This document shows positions 37,969 to 45,295 of a stretch of 64,000 nt of DNA, one piece after another; position 1 is the stretch's first letter; the number at the start of each line of letters is the position of its first letter. Made by a program: the position numbers and the translations under genes. The notes below the pieces were generated by a model. The model had not been told where the DNA came from, searched no databases, and saw only the letters and a list, made by a program, of their open reading frames with translations. Source of the DNA: an uncultured Methanosarcinales archaeon. GTDB lineage: Archaea; Nanobdellota; Nanobdellia; Woesearchaeales; UBA12501. The DNA lies in the NCBI GenBank assembly GCA_964343705.1, contig CAYFJX010000001.1:6100-70099 (forward strand), read 5' to 3'.

Positions 37969-39588
37969 TTATCCAACAACCTTTTTGTTCTTCATCCACT
38001 GATGCACAATTTTTGCGCTTTCTTTTGTTGCCTTTGGAGACCAATGGTTTCCTGCTTGATTGTACCATTCAAGTGTTTGGGGAGTGAAATGATTATGCAA
38101 GTCAATGAAATCAATTCCATGCTTTTCTGAACAGGACTGCAACTTTGTTCGCATAAGCTCAAGATCAAAGTCATCTGGATCTGCACCAATATACGATTTC
38201 ATAGTTCGCTGAAAAGAAGGTGCATGAAGTTCTGCTTTAGACGGCACATACAGAACCAAGAATGGCACGTCAGTTGACTGTTGAAAGATGCGCAGCACTG
38301 CGTCGCAATTAAATGTGTATGCTTCTTGTGCTTGAGGAAGCAACTCTTTGCGTACCATTTGATAAATATCCATTTCTATTGGTTTTTCTTCCATTACTCT
38401 GCGTCGATTAAGCAGAACATCTTTGTTTTTGTCAATGAGCGCCAGGAAGTGTGATGAATACACAAACGGCCCTTGCCGTTTACCAATGCTATTCTTCTTT
38501 TCTTTAAATGGAACAAACATGTCAGCACGAACGTTTTTTGTTTCAAAGTCATACAGGGGTTTTTCATAATGTTTTATTTCAAGGTTACCTCGCACGTCAT
38601 TGAAAGAATGTACCAACACCACGGCATCTGGTTGGTATTCTTTGTATACTCGTTGGTAGAGTAGCAAACTTTGAAGTGTTGATATACCACTGATTCCCCC
38701 GTTAAGAACTTCAACTTTTTCACTGAAGGATTCACCCAATGACTCACCTAAGTAATGACTAAGTGTTTGATCTTGATCTAGACCTGCTCCAAAAGCAAAG
38801 GAGTCACCCACAACTAAAACGCGTTTAACACCTGTTGGTTTTTCCAGAGTGATATTATTGTCCATACGAAATGCGTGATTGTTCATGTGGAATGTTGCCA
38901 GGCCAGGAGGGTTTTCACTCATCTTGACAATTCTACAATTAGGAAGTGTTCCAATACCTGCTGCAAGCAAACGAGGATCATCACCAAGAAGACTAATTTC
39001 TTTTCCATCTCCTAGGCTAATAGCAATTGGATTAATCAAGGTAACATCTCGCGCCATGAGTTCAACTTCTCCTGTTTCACCAAGATGTAATCGCTTGTCT
39101 TTAACTGTAAAATATTGCGTACAGTCTCTTTTGTTCTGATTCAAAATAGATAAGCCAAGGGTTGTATTCTGCTGTGCTTGAGGATAGGTTGTTGCAAGTG
39201 AGAATTCAACAACCACTGATGAAACAACTAGAATACTAATGAAGAGTAAGATGCTCAGCTTCTTGTTCCAAGCCCTACCAAAGAGATGTTTCCATCTTCT
39301 CGGCTTTCGAAGAGGAGGGATAAATATAAGCGCAAAAAGAAGAGGTGCAAATAACCCCCACAATGCCAATTCAAGTATCTCAGGGGCAAACGAAAAACTG
39401 AGAGTGTTAAAAACCAGAGAGAAAAAATGAGTCAACATTAATTTCCCCACTGAAACCCATTCTAGCCCCAGTGTTCCCAGATCTTCAATGTAAAAAGGGT
39501 GAATTTGATGGGGAACTGGAATAAACATCAAGAGTAGAAAAAGTGCAATAAGCACGTGCTTCTTCTTTAAGGTTGCTTTGAGATCCAT
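37969..39588 (-). CDS. SGNH/GDSL-like membrane protein, paralog 2
   Basis: Four N-terminal TM helices with IPVPHQIHPFYIED, RVLVVGDSFAFGAGLDQDQTLSHYL, and C-terminal EWYNQAGNHWSPKAT. Confidence 0.6.
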   Translation of the reverse strand: MDLKATLKKKHVLIALFLLLMFIPVPHQIHPFYIEDLGTLGLEWVSVGKLMLTHFFSLVFNTLSFSFAPEILELALWGLFAPLLFALIFIPPLRKPRRWKHLFGRAWNKKLSILLFISILVVSSVVVEFSLATTYPQAQQNTTLGLSILNQNKRDCTQYFTVKDKRLHLGETGEVELMARDVTLINPIAISLGDGKEISLLGDDPRLLAAGIGTLPNCRIVKMSENPPGLATFHMNNHAFRMDNNITLEKPTGVKRVLVVGDSFAFGAGLDQDQTLSHYLGESLGESFSEKVEVLNGGISGISTLQSLLLYQRVYKEYQPDAVVLVHSFNDVRGNLEIKHYEKPLYDFETKNVRADMFVPFKEKKNSIGKRQGPFVYSSHFLALIDKNKDVLLNRRRVMEEKPIEMDIYQMVRKELLPQAQEAYTFNCDAVLRIFQQSTDVPFLVLYVPSKAELHAPSFQRTMKSYIGADPDDFDLELMRTKLQSCSEKHGIDFIDLHNHFTPQTLEWYNQAGNHWSPKATKESAKIVHQWMKNKKVVG

Positions 39589-39607
39589 AAGAACTGCAAA
39601 ATAGGTT

Positions 39608-39620
39608 GGTTATAAAAATG
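39608..39620 (-). promoter_or_regulatory. TATA box for the SGNH paralog-2 gene
   Basis: TTATAAAAA about 22 nt upstream of the ATG at 39588 on the minus strand. Leaderless-type spacing. Confidence 0.35.
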
Positions 39621-39624
39621 TTGT

Positions 39625-39634
39625 CGAATCAGAG
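39625..39634. repeat. 10-bp direct repeat CGAATCAGAG (left copy, putative target-site duplication)
   Basis: Identical 10-mer at 39837..39846, immediately outside the inverted termini. Confidence 0.4.
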
Positions 39635-39836
39635 GGTGTGTCCCAAGAGTCTTTCTGAGAGGTGGCACTGCCGCAAGGTTTTATCAGGAAATCTCAAGGG
39701 ACGAAGCTCCTTGACGCATCTGAGCTTTGCTCAGATTGCGGCCGAATAATGAGGCGATTTCCGTATGAATGGATTTGAGTAGTTAACACCGCAGTGCCAC
39801 CCCTCCTGCACAAAAAGCAAGATTTGGGACACACCC
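39635..39836. mobile_element. MITE-like nonautonomous element (~202 bp), or alternatively a long-stem structured RNA, in a divergent promoter region
   Basis: Terminal inverted repeats GGTGTGTCCCAA and TTGGGACACACC(C). Sub-terminal inverted repeats GAGGTGGCACTGCCG / CGCAGTGCCACCCCTC. Internal hairpins ATCTGAGC-TTT-GCTCAGAT and GGAAATC...GATTTCC. No ORF. Confidence 0.4.
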
Positions 39837-39846
39837 CGAATCAGAG
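39837..39846. repeat. 10-bp direct repeat CGAATCAGAG (right copy)
   Basis: Matches 39625..39634. Confidence 0.4.
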
Positions 39847-39851
39847 GAAGC

Positions 39852-39859
39852 TTTAAATA
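39852..39859 (+). promoter_or_regulatory. TATA box for swivel-domain paralog 7
   Basis: TTTAAATA 23 nt upstream of the ATG at 39882. Confidence 0.35.
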
Positions 39860-39881
39860 GGTGATGACTAACCCGAGGAAC

Positions 39882-41318
39882 ATGGAAATCAGCAAGTTTA
39901 CAAACAAGAAATGGGTCATACAGGGTGCTGTCATCACACCTCACCTGAACGCGTTTGCAGTCGATGCACTCACCAAGGGCCTCCAAGATATTACAGGACA
40001 TGGTTTGAGTGTTATTCTCACGTTTATGACACAAGAAGGAGAGTACAGCCATTGGGTACTTGATGAAGAATCATTGAATACAGAGGGAAAATGGTATGAT
40101 GATCACCCTGAAGAACTCAAGAAACTCTTCATGGCATGGGAAAAAGCGCGTGATGTCTATTATGAATACATTGAAGGCATCATGGAAAAAGGTGTTACTG
40201 ACCCCATTACAGAATACAAGCAATTTAGAGAACATTATCAAAATGCGTACGCTCATGCTCTTGTGACAGAACACTTTATTGTGTGGGGTGACAAGATACT
40301 TGCAACAATTCTTGAAAAGATACCTAAAGAAAAAAGAAAACAGGTTGAAATACTGACTGCACCAATCAAACACACTTTCTTAAATGATGAGGAGCTTGGC
40401 CTTCTTAAGATAGGATTACAATTTAAGCAAACAGGAAAAATCTCTGAAGAAGACTTGAAGAAACACACTAAGAAATTTTTCTGGATCAGAAACAATTACA
40501 AGAACACTAAGCCAATGAGTTTACAAGAATTTGAAAAACGTTTGCATGCATCCATTGCAGAACTAACTGAAAAACAAGTTACAGCAAAGATTGCAGAGTT
40601 AGAAACATATGAGCAAGATCTAATTAAGAAAAAAGAACAAGCTCGAGAAAAGCTTGGCTTGGCAAAGGAAGATGAGGAAAAGCTTGAACTTCTTTCTTTA
40701 GTTGCATGGTGGCATGACCAACGTAAAAAAGGAAATCTTCTTGGCGATCATGTTGCAGGATTGTTTTTTGAAAAAGCGGCAAAAGACCATACCGCTCCCT
40801 TAATTGATATTAAATTTATGCTGCCAGATGAATTCTTAAAGTTTCTCGAAACAGGAGAGTACAATAAAGATGAAATACAAGAACGAAAAAAAGCATGTGT
40901 GTACATAACAGCAAATACAGGTGAGAAAAGCATGCATACTGGGAAGACCTATGAAGAACTTAGTGAAACAGTACTTGAACAAGAATATGAAGAAAAAATA
41001 AAGGATGTTCGTGGAATGACTGCTTCGTATGGCCATGCAAAAGGTCCAGTAAAAGTAGTTCTAAACCCCAAGGATACTGATATAGAAAAAGGAGACGTTC
41101 TTGTAACAAGTATGACAAGGCCTGAATATGTCCCTCTTATGAAAAAAGCAGCAGCAATAGTAACAGATGAAGGAGGAGTTACAAGTCATGCAGCTGTAAT
41201 TTCACGAGAATTGGGAATACCTTGTATTGTTGGTACACGTATTGGAACAAAGGTACTTAAGGACGGCATGGTTGTTGAAGTCCGTTGTAACCATGGCCTT
41301 GTTAAGATTTGTGATTAA
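39882..41318 (+). CDS. PEP-utilizing swivel-domain protein, paralog 7
   Basis: NKKWVIQGA, KFFWIRNNY, WHDQRKK, and C-terminus GDVLVTSMTRPEYVPLMKKAAAIVTDEGGVTSHAAVISRELGIPCIVGT. Start set at the ATG positioned for the TATA box. The ORF track starts at a GTG at 39861. Confidence 0.7.
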   Translation: MEISKFTNKKWVIQGAVITPHLNAFAVDALTKGLQDITGHGLSVILTFMTQEGEYSHWVLDEESLNTEGKWYDDHPEELKKLFMAWEKARDVYYEYIEGIMEKGVTDPITEYKQFREHYQNAYAHALVTEHFIVWGDKILATILEKIPKEKRKQVEILTAPIKHTFLNDEELGLLKIGLQFKQTGKISEEDLKKHTKKFFWIRNNYKNTKPMSLQEFEKRLHASIAELTEKQVTAKIAELETYEQDLIKKKEQAREKLGLAKEDEEKLELLSLVAWWHDQRKKGNLLGDHVAGLFFEKAAKDHTAPLIDIKFMLPDEFLKFLETGEYNKDEIQERKKACVYITANTGEKSMHTGKTYEELSETVLEQEYEEKIKDVRGMTASYGHAKGPVKVVLNPKDTDIEKGDVLVTSMTRPEYVPLMKKAAAIVTDEGGVTSHAAVISRELGIPCIVGTRIGTKVLKDGMVVEVRCNHGLVKICD

Positions 41319-41332
41319 GCCTACAACGTATC

Positions 41333-43030
41333 TTATGAAGCATTGAGCACTCCGTTCTCCATCATCCATTCTTTGACACTATGTGCAGTAACATTGGTTG
41401 CTCGTGGAGACCAGTGACCTCCTGGTCGATTATACCACTCCCGCGGGCGCACATTTCTATGAGAATTAAACACTTCAGCCAAGTCAAGTAAGGGAATACC
41501 ATGTTTTTTTGCACAGACATGGATATACGCATTGCCTTGTAACCTGTCAAATTCACCTGGATCTGCATCAAGATAGCTTCTGATTGTTCTTTTAAAGTAA
41601 GGCTCGTCAAGTTCAATGTGAGGTGGAATGTAAATCAACAAAAAGGTTGCATTGTTTGCCAGAACAAGATCATAAAAAGGTTTGAGAACATAATTACAAT
41701 TAACGTTAAGAGCGTGGATCATAGATTGAGGAGGTTTTGTATTGAAGACATGAAACATAGATAAGTGACGAGGATTATCCCCCATAATTCGTTTTAGATT
41801 AAGTAGCTCATTTTTGACACCCTCAGCAAAGGAGACAAAATGAGAATAGGGAACAAGCGGTCCTGTGCTGGAACTAATGCCAAGGCGATCAATAGCTTTC
41901 CCAATAGGAGCATGCCGAATTAAGGTTTCATCTTGCAGAGAAAAAATAGGCATCTCATAATCAGATCGCTGTTCAAGATTACCATTGATATCATTAGGGT
42001 AGTGAAAAAAAAGCACTATATCAGGATCCCAATATTGTAAGGTGTCATTGTACATCAAATAACTTTGTAGAGAAGAAAAGCCTTGTACACCTGCGTTCAA
42101 AACTTGCGTTGTATCGCTTGTTAGTGCATTAAGATAATGACTCACTGTTTCATCTTGATCCATGCCCGCACCAAACGCAAAAGAATCTCCCATAACCATA
42201 ACTCGCTGTGAAATATTTTCTTTAGAACGGGTCACATTTTTTTGCATACGAAAACCATGATTATTAGTAACATAATCAACAAGATGAGTGCCGTCTTCAC
42301 CAACTTTTCTTGCTTTACAGTTGGGAACATTCTTAATCCCTGCTGAAACATTAAATCTGATTTCCACATTCTTCCCTGAAGCCGAATCAATTATTTTGGA
42401 AGGAGATGTAAGAACATAATGATGAAAATGGAACCCTCGCAATACTTTTCTCCCATCTGATTCAACTGGAGCAACAAAAGGACAATAAATCTGACTTGAT
42501 AATTCTTTTGCAACATCAGGAGAAATTTTCTTAGTAGGAAAAGACATTGCAAATACCAGCTCAATAACCAAGAGTATGATTATGCAAGTAGCAATACCTA
42601 ACAACAAATTCTTTGCCACAGTTCTATTGAACCCAGGTTGAAAGGAAAAAACAGGTTTAGACAAAAACCTTGGACCAAACCTAGGCAAGCCAGCTGCTGC
42701 TAAACACGTAAAAAAAAAGACTAAAGAACAATACAAAAAAACAGGGAGAACCAGCCCCCATATAAAAACATGGAACGTATAAGGATTAAAGGTTAATGTA
42801 AGAGCGTACAAAACAGAGGTTATTGCATGTGAGAAGAAAATGTTCCCTAGGAAAGCAGACTCAATTCCAAATGTGCCAACTTGTTCTATGTAAAATGCAT
42901 GTATCTCATGAGGAAAAGGAATCAGACAAACCAGGACAAAGATAAGAAGGTAAATTATACGAACTCTTGTCAATTCCCGAGAAAACCTCCTGAGAAAAGC
43001 CCTACTACCAGTTTTTCCTCTATCCCCCAT
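41333..43030 (-). CDS. SGNH/GDSL-like membrane protein, paralog 3
   Basis: IPFPHEIHAFYIEQ TM domain, RVMVMGDSFAFGAGMDQDETVSHYL, and C-terminal EWYNRPGGHWSPRAT. Confidence 0.6.
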   Translation of the reverse strand: MGDRGKTGSRAFLRRFSRELTRVRIIYLLIFVLVCLIPFPHEIHAFYIEQVGTFGIESAFLGNIFFSHAITSVLYALTLTFNPYTFHVFIWGLVLPVFLYCSLVFFFTCLAAAGLPRFGPRFLSKPVFSFQPGFNRTVAKNLLLGIATCIIILLVIELVFAMSFPTKKISPDVAKELSSQIYCPFVAPVESDGRKVLRGFHFHHYVLTSPSKIIDSASGKNVEIRFNVSAGIKNVPNCKARKVGEDGTHLVDYVTNNHGFRMQKNVTRSKENISQRVMVMGDSFAFGAGMDQDETVSHYLNALTSDTTQVLNAGVQGFSSLQSYLMYNDTLQYWDPDIVLFFHYPNDINGNLEQRSDYEMPIFSLQDETLIRHAPIGKAIDRLGISSSTGPLVPYSHFVSFAEGVKNELLNLKRIMGDNPRHLSMFHVFNTKPPQSMIHALNVNCNYVLKPFYDLVLANNATFLLIYIPPHIELDEPYFKRTIRSYLDADPGEFDRLQGNAYIHVCAKKHGIPLLDLAEVFNSHRNVRPREWYNRPGGHWSPRATNVTAHSVKEWMMENGVLNAS

Positions 43031-43164
43031 ACAGAGAGCAATATAACAAGGTATTAAAAAGATTTATATGATAAGAAGGTAGACTTGAAAAGACCTAAGT
43101 AAAGGCCCCTATAACCGCAAAGTTTAAAAAGGGCCGTCTTCTCCTCCAAACATACCTTTAAAAG

Positions 43165-43270
43165 GGGGCTATGGTGTAGCTTGGCTAGCATTGGAGGTTT
43201 GGGGCCTCCGGACCCCGGTTCAAAGCAGTGAACGGCGAAGCTCTTCACTATGAAAGTCCGGGTAGCCCCA
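43165..43270 (+). tRNA. tRNA-Pro (anticodon UGG) with a 32-nt intron in the T-loop (position 59/60)
   Basis: Acceptor GGGGCUA/UAGCCCC with U8. D-loop has A14, G18G19, A21. Anticodon stem GGAGG/CCUCC with loop UUUGGGG. T-stem CCCGG/CCGGG. Removing 43225..43256 gives T-loop UUCAAAU. Discriminator A, T-run after. Confidence 0.75.
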
Positions 43271-43338
43271 CTTTTATATGAAACATGGAGCGATACACCC
43301 TATATCGAGAAAAACAAAATGGCATTACCAAAAGAAAT

Positions 43339-43690
43339 AGGAACAATTAAACGGTTTGGAACACGATACGGTCGAACCGGCAAACACAAAGTTGGCATGA
43401 TTGAACATACTCAAAGGCAAAAACACAAGTGCCCTTACTGTTCTTACTCACGTGTTAAACGTCTTGCAGCAGGAATATGGTTCTGTACTAAGTGCGCTGC
43501 TGAATTCACCGGCAAAGCATACACACTTGCAAAGAAAAAAGCAAGTGCACAAGAGCTTTTTGCTGAGGTTGAAGAAGAACAAGCTATTGAAGAAACAGAA
43601 AACACAGAAGAGGAAGAAGAAGCAACAACATATAAAGAACCTGTTACAAAAGTAGAAGAAGAGCAGGGATCAGCTGAGGAGGCTGCGTAG
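43339..43690 (+). CDS. rpl37ae: 50S ribosomal protein L37ae with an acidic C-terminal extension
   Basis: KRFGTRYGRTGKHKV...HTQ...KCPYC...VKRLAAGIWFCTKC matches the L37ae zinc-ribbon pattern. Start taken at MALPKEIG. The ORF track starts upstream. Confidence 0.85.
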
Positions 43691-43695
43691 GGAAA

Positions 43696-43830
43696 ATGGA
43701 ATACAAATGTTTTACATGCAATCACAAAGTAGGTGATGAATACCTGCGTAAAAAAATTAGATGCCCTTATTGTGGGAGTAAGATCTTGTTTAAGCCACGC
43801 AGTGTTACAACAAAAGTTAAGGCAAGGTAA
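43696..43830 (+). CDS. rpoP: DNA-directed RNA polymerase subunit P (Rpo12/RpoP)
   Basis: Hand-translated 44-aa ORF MEYKCFTCNHKVGDEYLRKKIRCPYCGSKILFKPRSVTTKVKAR. CxxC...CxxC zinc ribbon, in the conserved position after L37ae. Confidence 0.8.
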   Translation: MEYKCFTCNHKVGDEYLRKKIRCPYCGSKILFKPRSVTTKVKAR

Positions 43831-43832
43831 AA

Positions 43833-44081
43833 ATGCGTTTTACCGCCACAATTACTGTGCAGGACGAATCTGCAGAAGAATTGTATAAAGTTTCCTTGCC
43901 AGAAATACAACAGAGTGATAGAGAGAGAACGCACACAGAAATCTCACACACCAAAGATCAAGTGGTATTCAATATTCAAGCAAAAGATCCAATTGCGCTT
44001 AAAGCAATAACAAACACAATAATCAAAATAATTACTGTTTTTGACAAGATGAAAACAATCCGAGATGATACAAATGACTGA
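43833..44081 (+). CDS. pcc1: KEOPS complex subunit Pcc1-like
   Basis: 82 aa. AEELYKVSLPEI...DRERT...VVFNIQAKDPIALKAITNTI fits the Pcc1 profile, with synteny with rpoP and pfdB. Confidence 0.6.
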   Translation: MRFTATITVQDESAEELYKVSLPEIQQSDRERTHTEISHTKDQVVFNIQAKDPIALKAITNTIIKIITVFDKMKTIRDDTND

Positions 44082-44409
44082 CATGAGTAAACAAGCAGAA
44101 CAAAAAATTGAACAACTTCAAATGATGGAGCAAAATCTCCGTACATTTGCAACACAACGACAACAATTTTCAAGCCAACTTCTAGAAGTTGATTCTGCAT
44201 TGAAAGAAATTGAAACATCAGAAGAAGCTTACAAAATAGTAGGTGGAATCATGGTTGCTACAAAAAAAGAAGATCTAAAAAAAGACTTGCAAAAAAAGAA
44301 AGAAATGCTTGAACTTCGCATTACAACTATAGAAAAGCAAGAAGAGAAGATTAAAGAGAAAGCAAGTAGCACACAAAAAGAAGTGCTTAAGGAAATGGAG
44401 AAAAAATGA
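44065..44409 (+). CDS. pfdB: Prefoldin beta subunit
   Basis: Coiled-coil, hairpin, coiled-coil layout. QLQMMEQNL...ALKEIE...EAYKIVGGIMVATKKEDLKKDL is typical of PfdB. Confidence 0.75.
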   Translation: MIQMTDMSKQAEQKIEQLQMMEQNLRTFATQRQQFSSQLLEVDSALKEIETSEEAYKIVGGIMVATKKEDLKKDLQKKKEMLELRITTIEKQEEKIKEKASSTQKEVLKEMEKK

Positions 44410-44666
44410 ATTCTGAAGTTGACACACTTAACGGCATTATTGAAGCAATGAGTGATTTGCAAGAGGATAACACCCTCCCAAAAAATATAAAGAGCAAACT
44501 TCAAACTATAGGAGAGATGCTAAAACAAGAAACAGAAGATCAACGAATGGTAATCAATAAAGCTCTTGACCAACTGAGTGAACTATCAGAGGATGTCAAC
44601 ATCCAACCTTACACCCGAACACAGTTATGGAATATAGTATCCATGCTTGAATCATTATCAGGATAA
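44406..44666 (+). CDS. Small helical hypothetical protein (possibly UPF0147-like)
   Basis: 86-aa all-helical ORF, 4-nt overlap with pfdB. Confidence 0.4.
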   Translation: MNSEVDTLNGIIEAMSDLQEDNTLPKNIKSKLQTIGEMLKQETEDQRMVINKALDQLSELSEDVNIQPYTRTQLWNIVSMLESLSG

Positions 44667-44675
44667 AGAATTCTT

Positions 44676-45239
44676 ATGGCACCGACCATTCTCACTAATG
44701 TCTTAGGTTCAGCAGAAGCGCTGTTCAAAGGAGTGTACCTCAATGTAATAGTTGCTGTCATAATTTTACTGTTGGGATTTATTTGTGGTAGAATCCTTAG
44801 TCGGCTTACCTACAAAATTCTTAGAGAGGTAGAGCTTAGAAAGATTCTAAAAAAAGCAGGAGTACAATTTAAGATTGAAAAACACACCAGTTCATTTGTT
44901 GCTTACTTAGTGTATTTCATAAGTGTTATTATGGCATTAAATCAGTTAAAAATTGCCACCACTATTTTACATATGATTCTTGGTGCAATCCTCATTATAA
45001 TCATTGTATCCTTAGTTATGGGGATCAAGGACTTCATACCTAACATGTTTGCTGGCCTTGCAATATATAAAGACAAAATAATTGAGATTGGAGAACATAT
45101 AGAAACGCAAGGTGTTCAGGGCAAAGTAGTACAGATTACCTTGGTAAAGACAAAACTTGAAACCAAAGAAGGTGATATTGTTTTTGTTCCTAACTCAGTT
45201 ATCATCAAAAAAGGCGTTATAAAGAAAAAACATAAATAG
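44676..45239 (+). CDS. Small-conductance mechanosensitive channel (MscS family, short form)
   Basis: Three TM helices, then the MscS beta-domain motif IIEIGEHIETQGVQGKVVQITLVKTKLETKEGDIVFVPNS. Confidence 0.7.
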   Translation: MAPTILTNVLGSAEALFKGVYLNVIVAVIILLLGFICGRILSRLTYKILREVELRKILKKAGVQFKIEKHTSSFVAYLVYFISVIMALNQLKIATTILHMILGAILIIIIVSLVMGIKDFIPNMFAGLAIYKDKIIEIGEHIETQGVQGKVVQITLVKTKLETKEGDIVFVPNSVIIKKGVIKKKHK

Positions 45240-45295
45240 CACATGTACCCACCCAACCTCGCTTATGAGGTTGAGAACAATTCTCAATAAACACC

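Noticed and set aside
39635-39836. SRP RNA or RNase P RNA in the structured intergenic element
   Set aside because: It has a long terminal helix like SRP RNA. But I could not recognise the conserved RNase P CR-I/CR-V or SRP helix-8 motifs, and the 10-bp flanking direct repeat favours an insertion element.
39861-39881. GTG/ATG starts at 39861 or 39864 for swivel paralog 7
   Set aside because: They sit only 2-5 nt downstream of the TATA box. The ATG at 39882 has the ~23-nt TATA-to-start spacing expected for a leaderless archaeal mRNA and aligns with the paralog N-termini.
17840-41318. Assigning the N-terminal domain of the seven swivel-domain proteins to PPDK_N (ATP-grasp), i.e. calling them PEP synthase or rifampin phosphotransferase
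   Set aside because: I could not find the ATP-grasp GGK or nucleotide-binding motifs in any paralog, and the proteins are ~300 aa shorter than Rph or PEP synthase. Only the swivel domain is secure.
43054-43248. 64-aa minus-strand ORF
   Set aside because: It overlaps the tRNA-Pro gene and its promoter region. The sequence is better explained by the tRNA.
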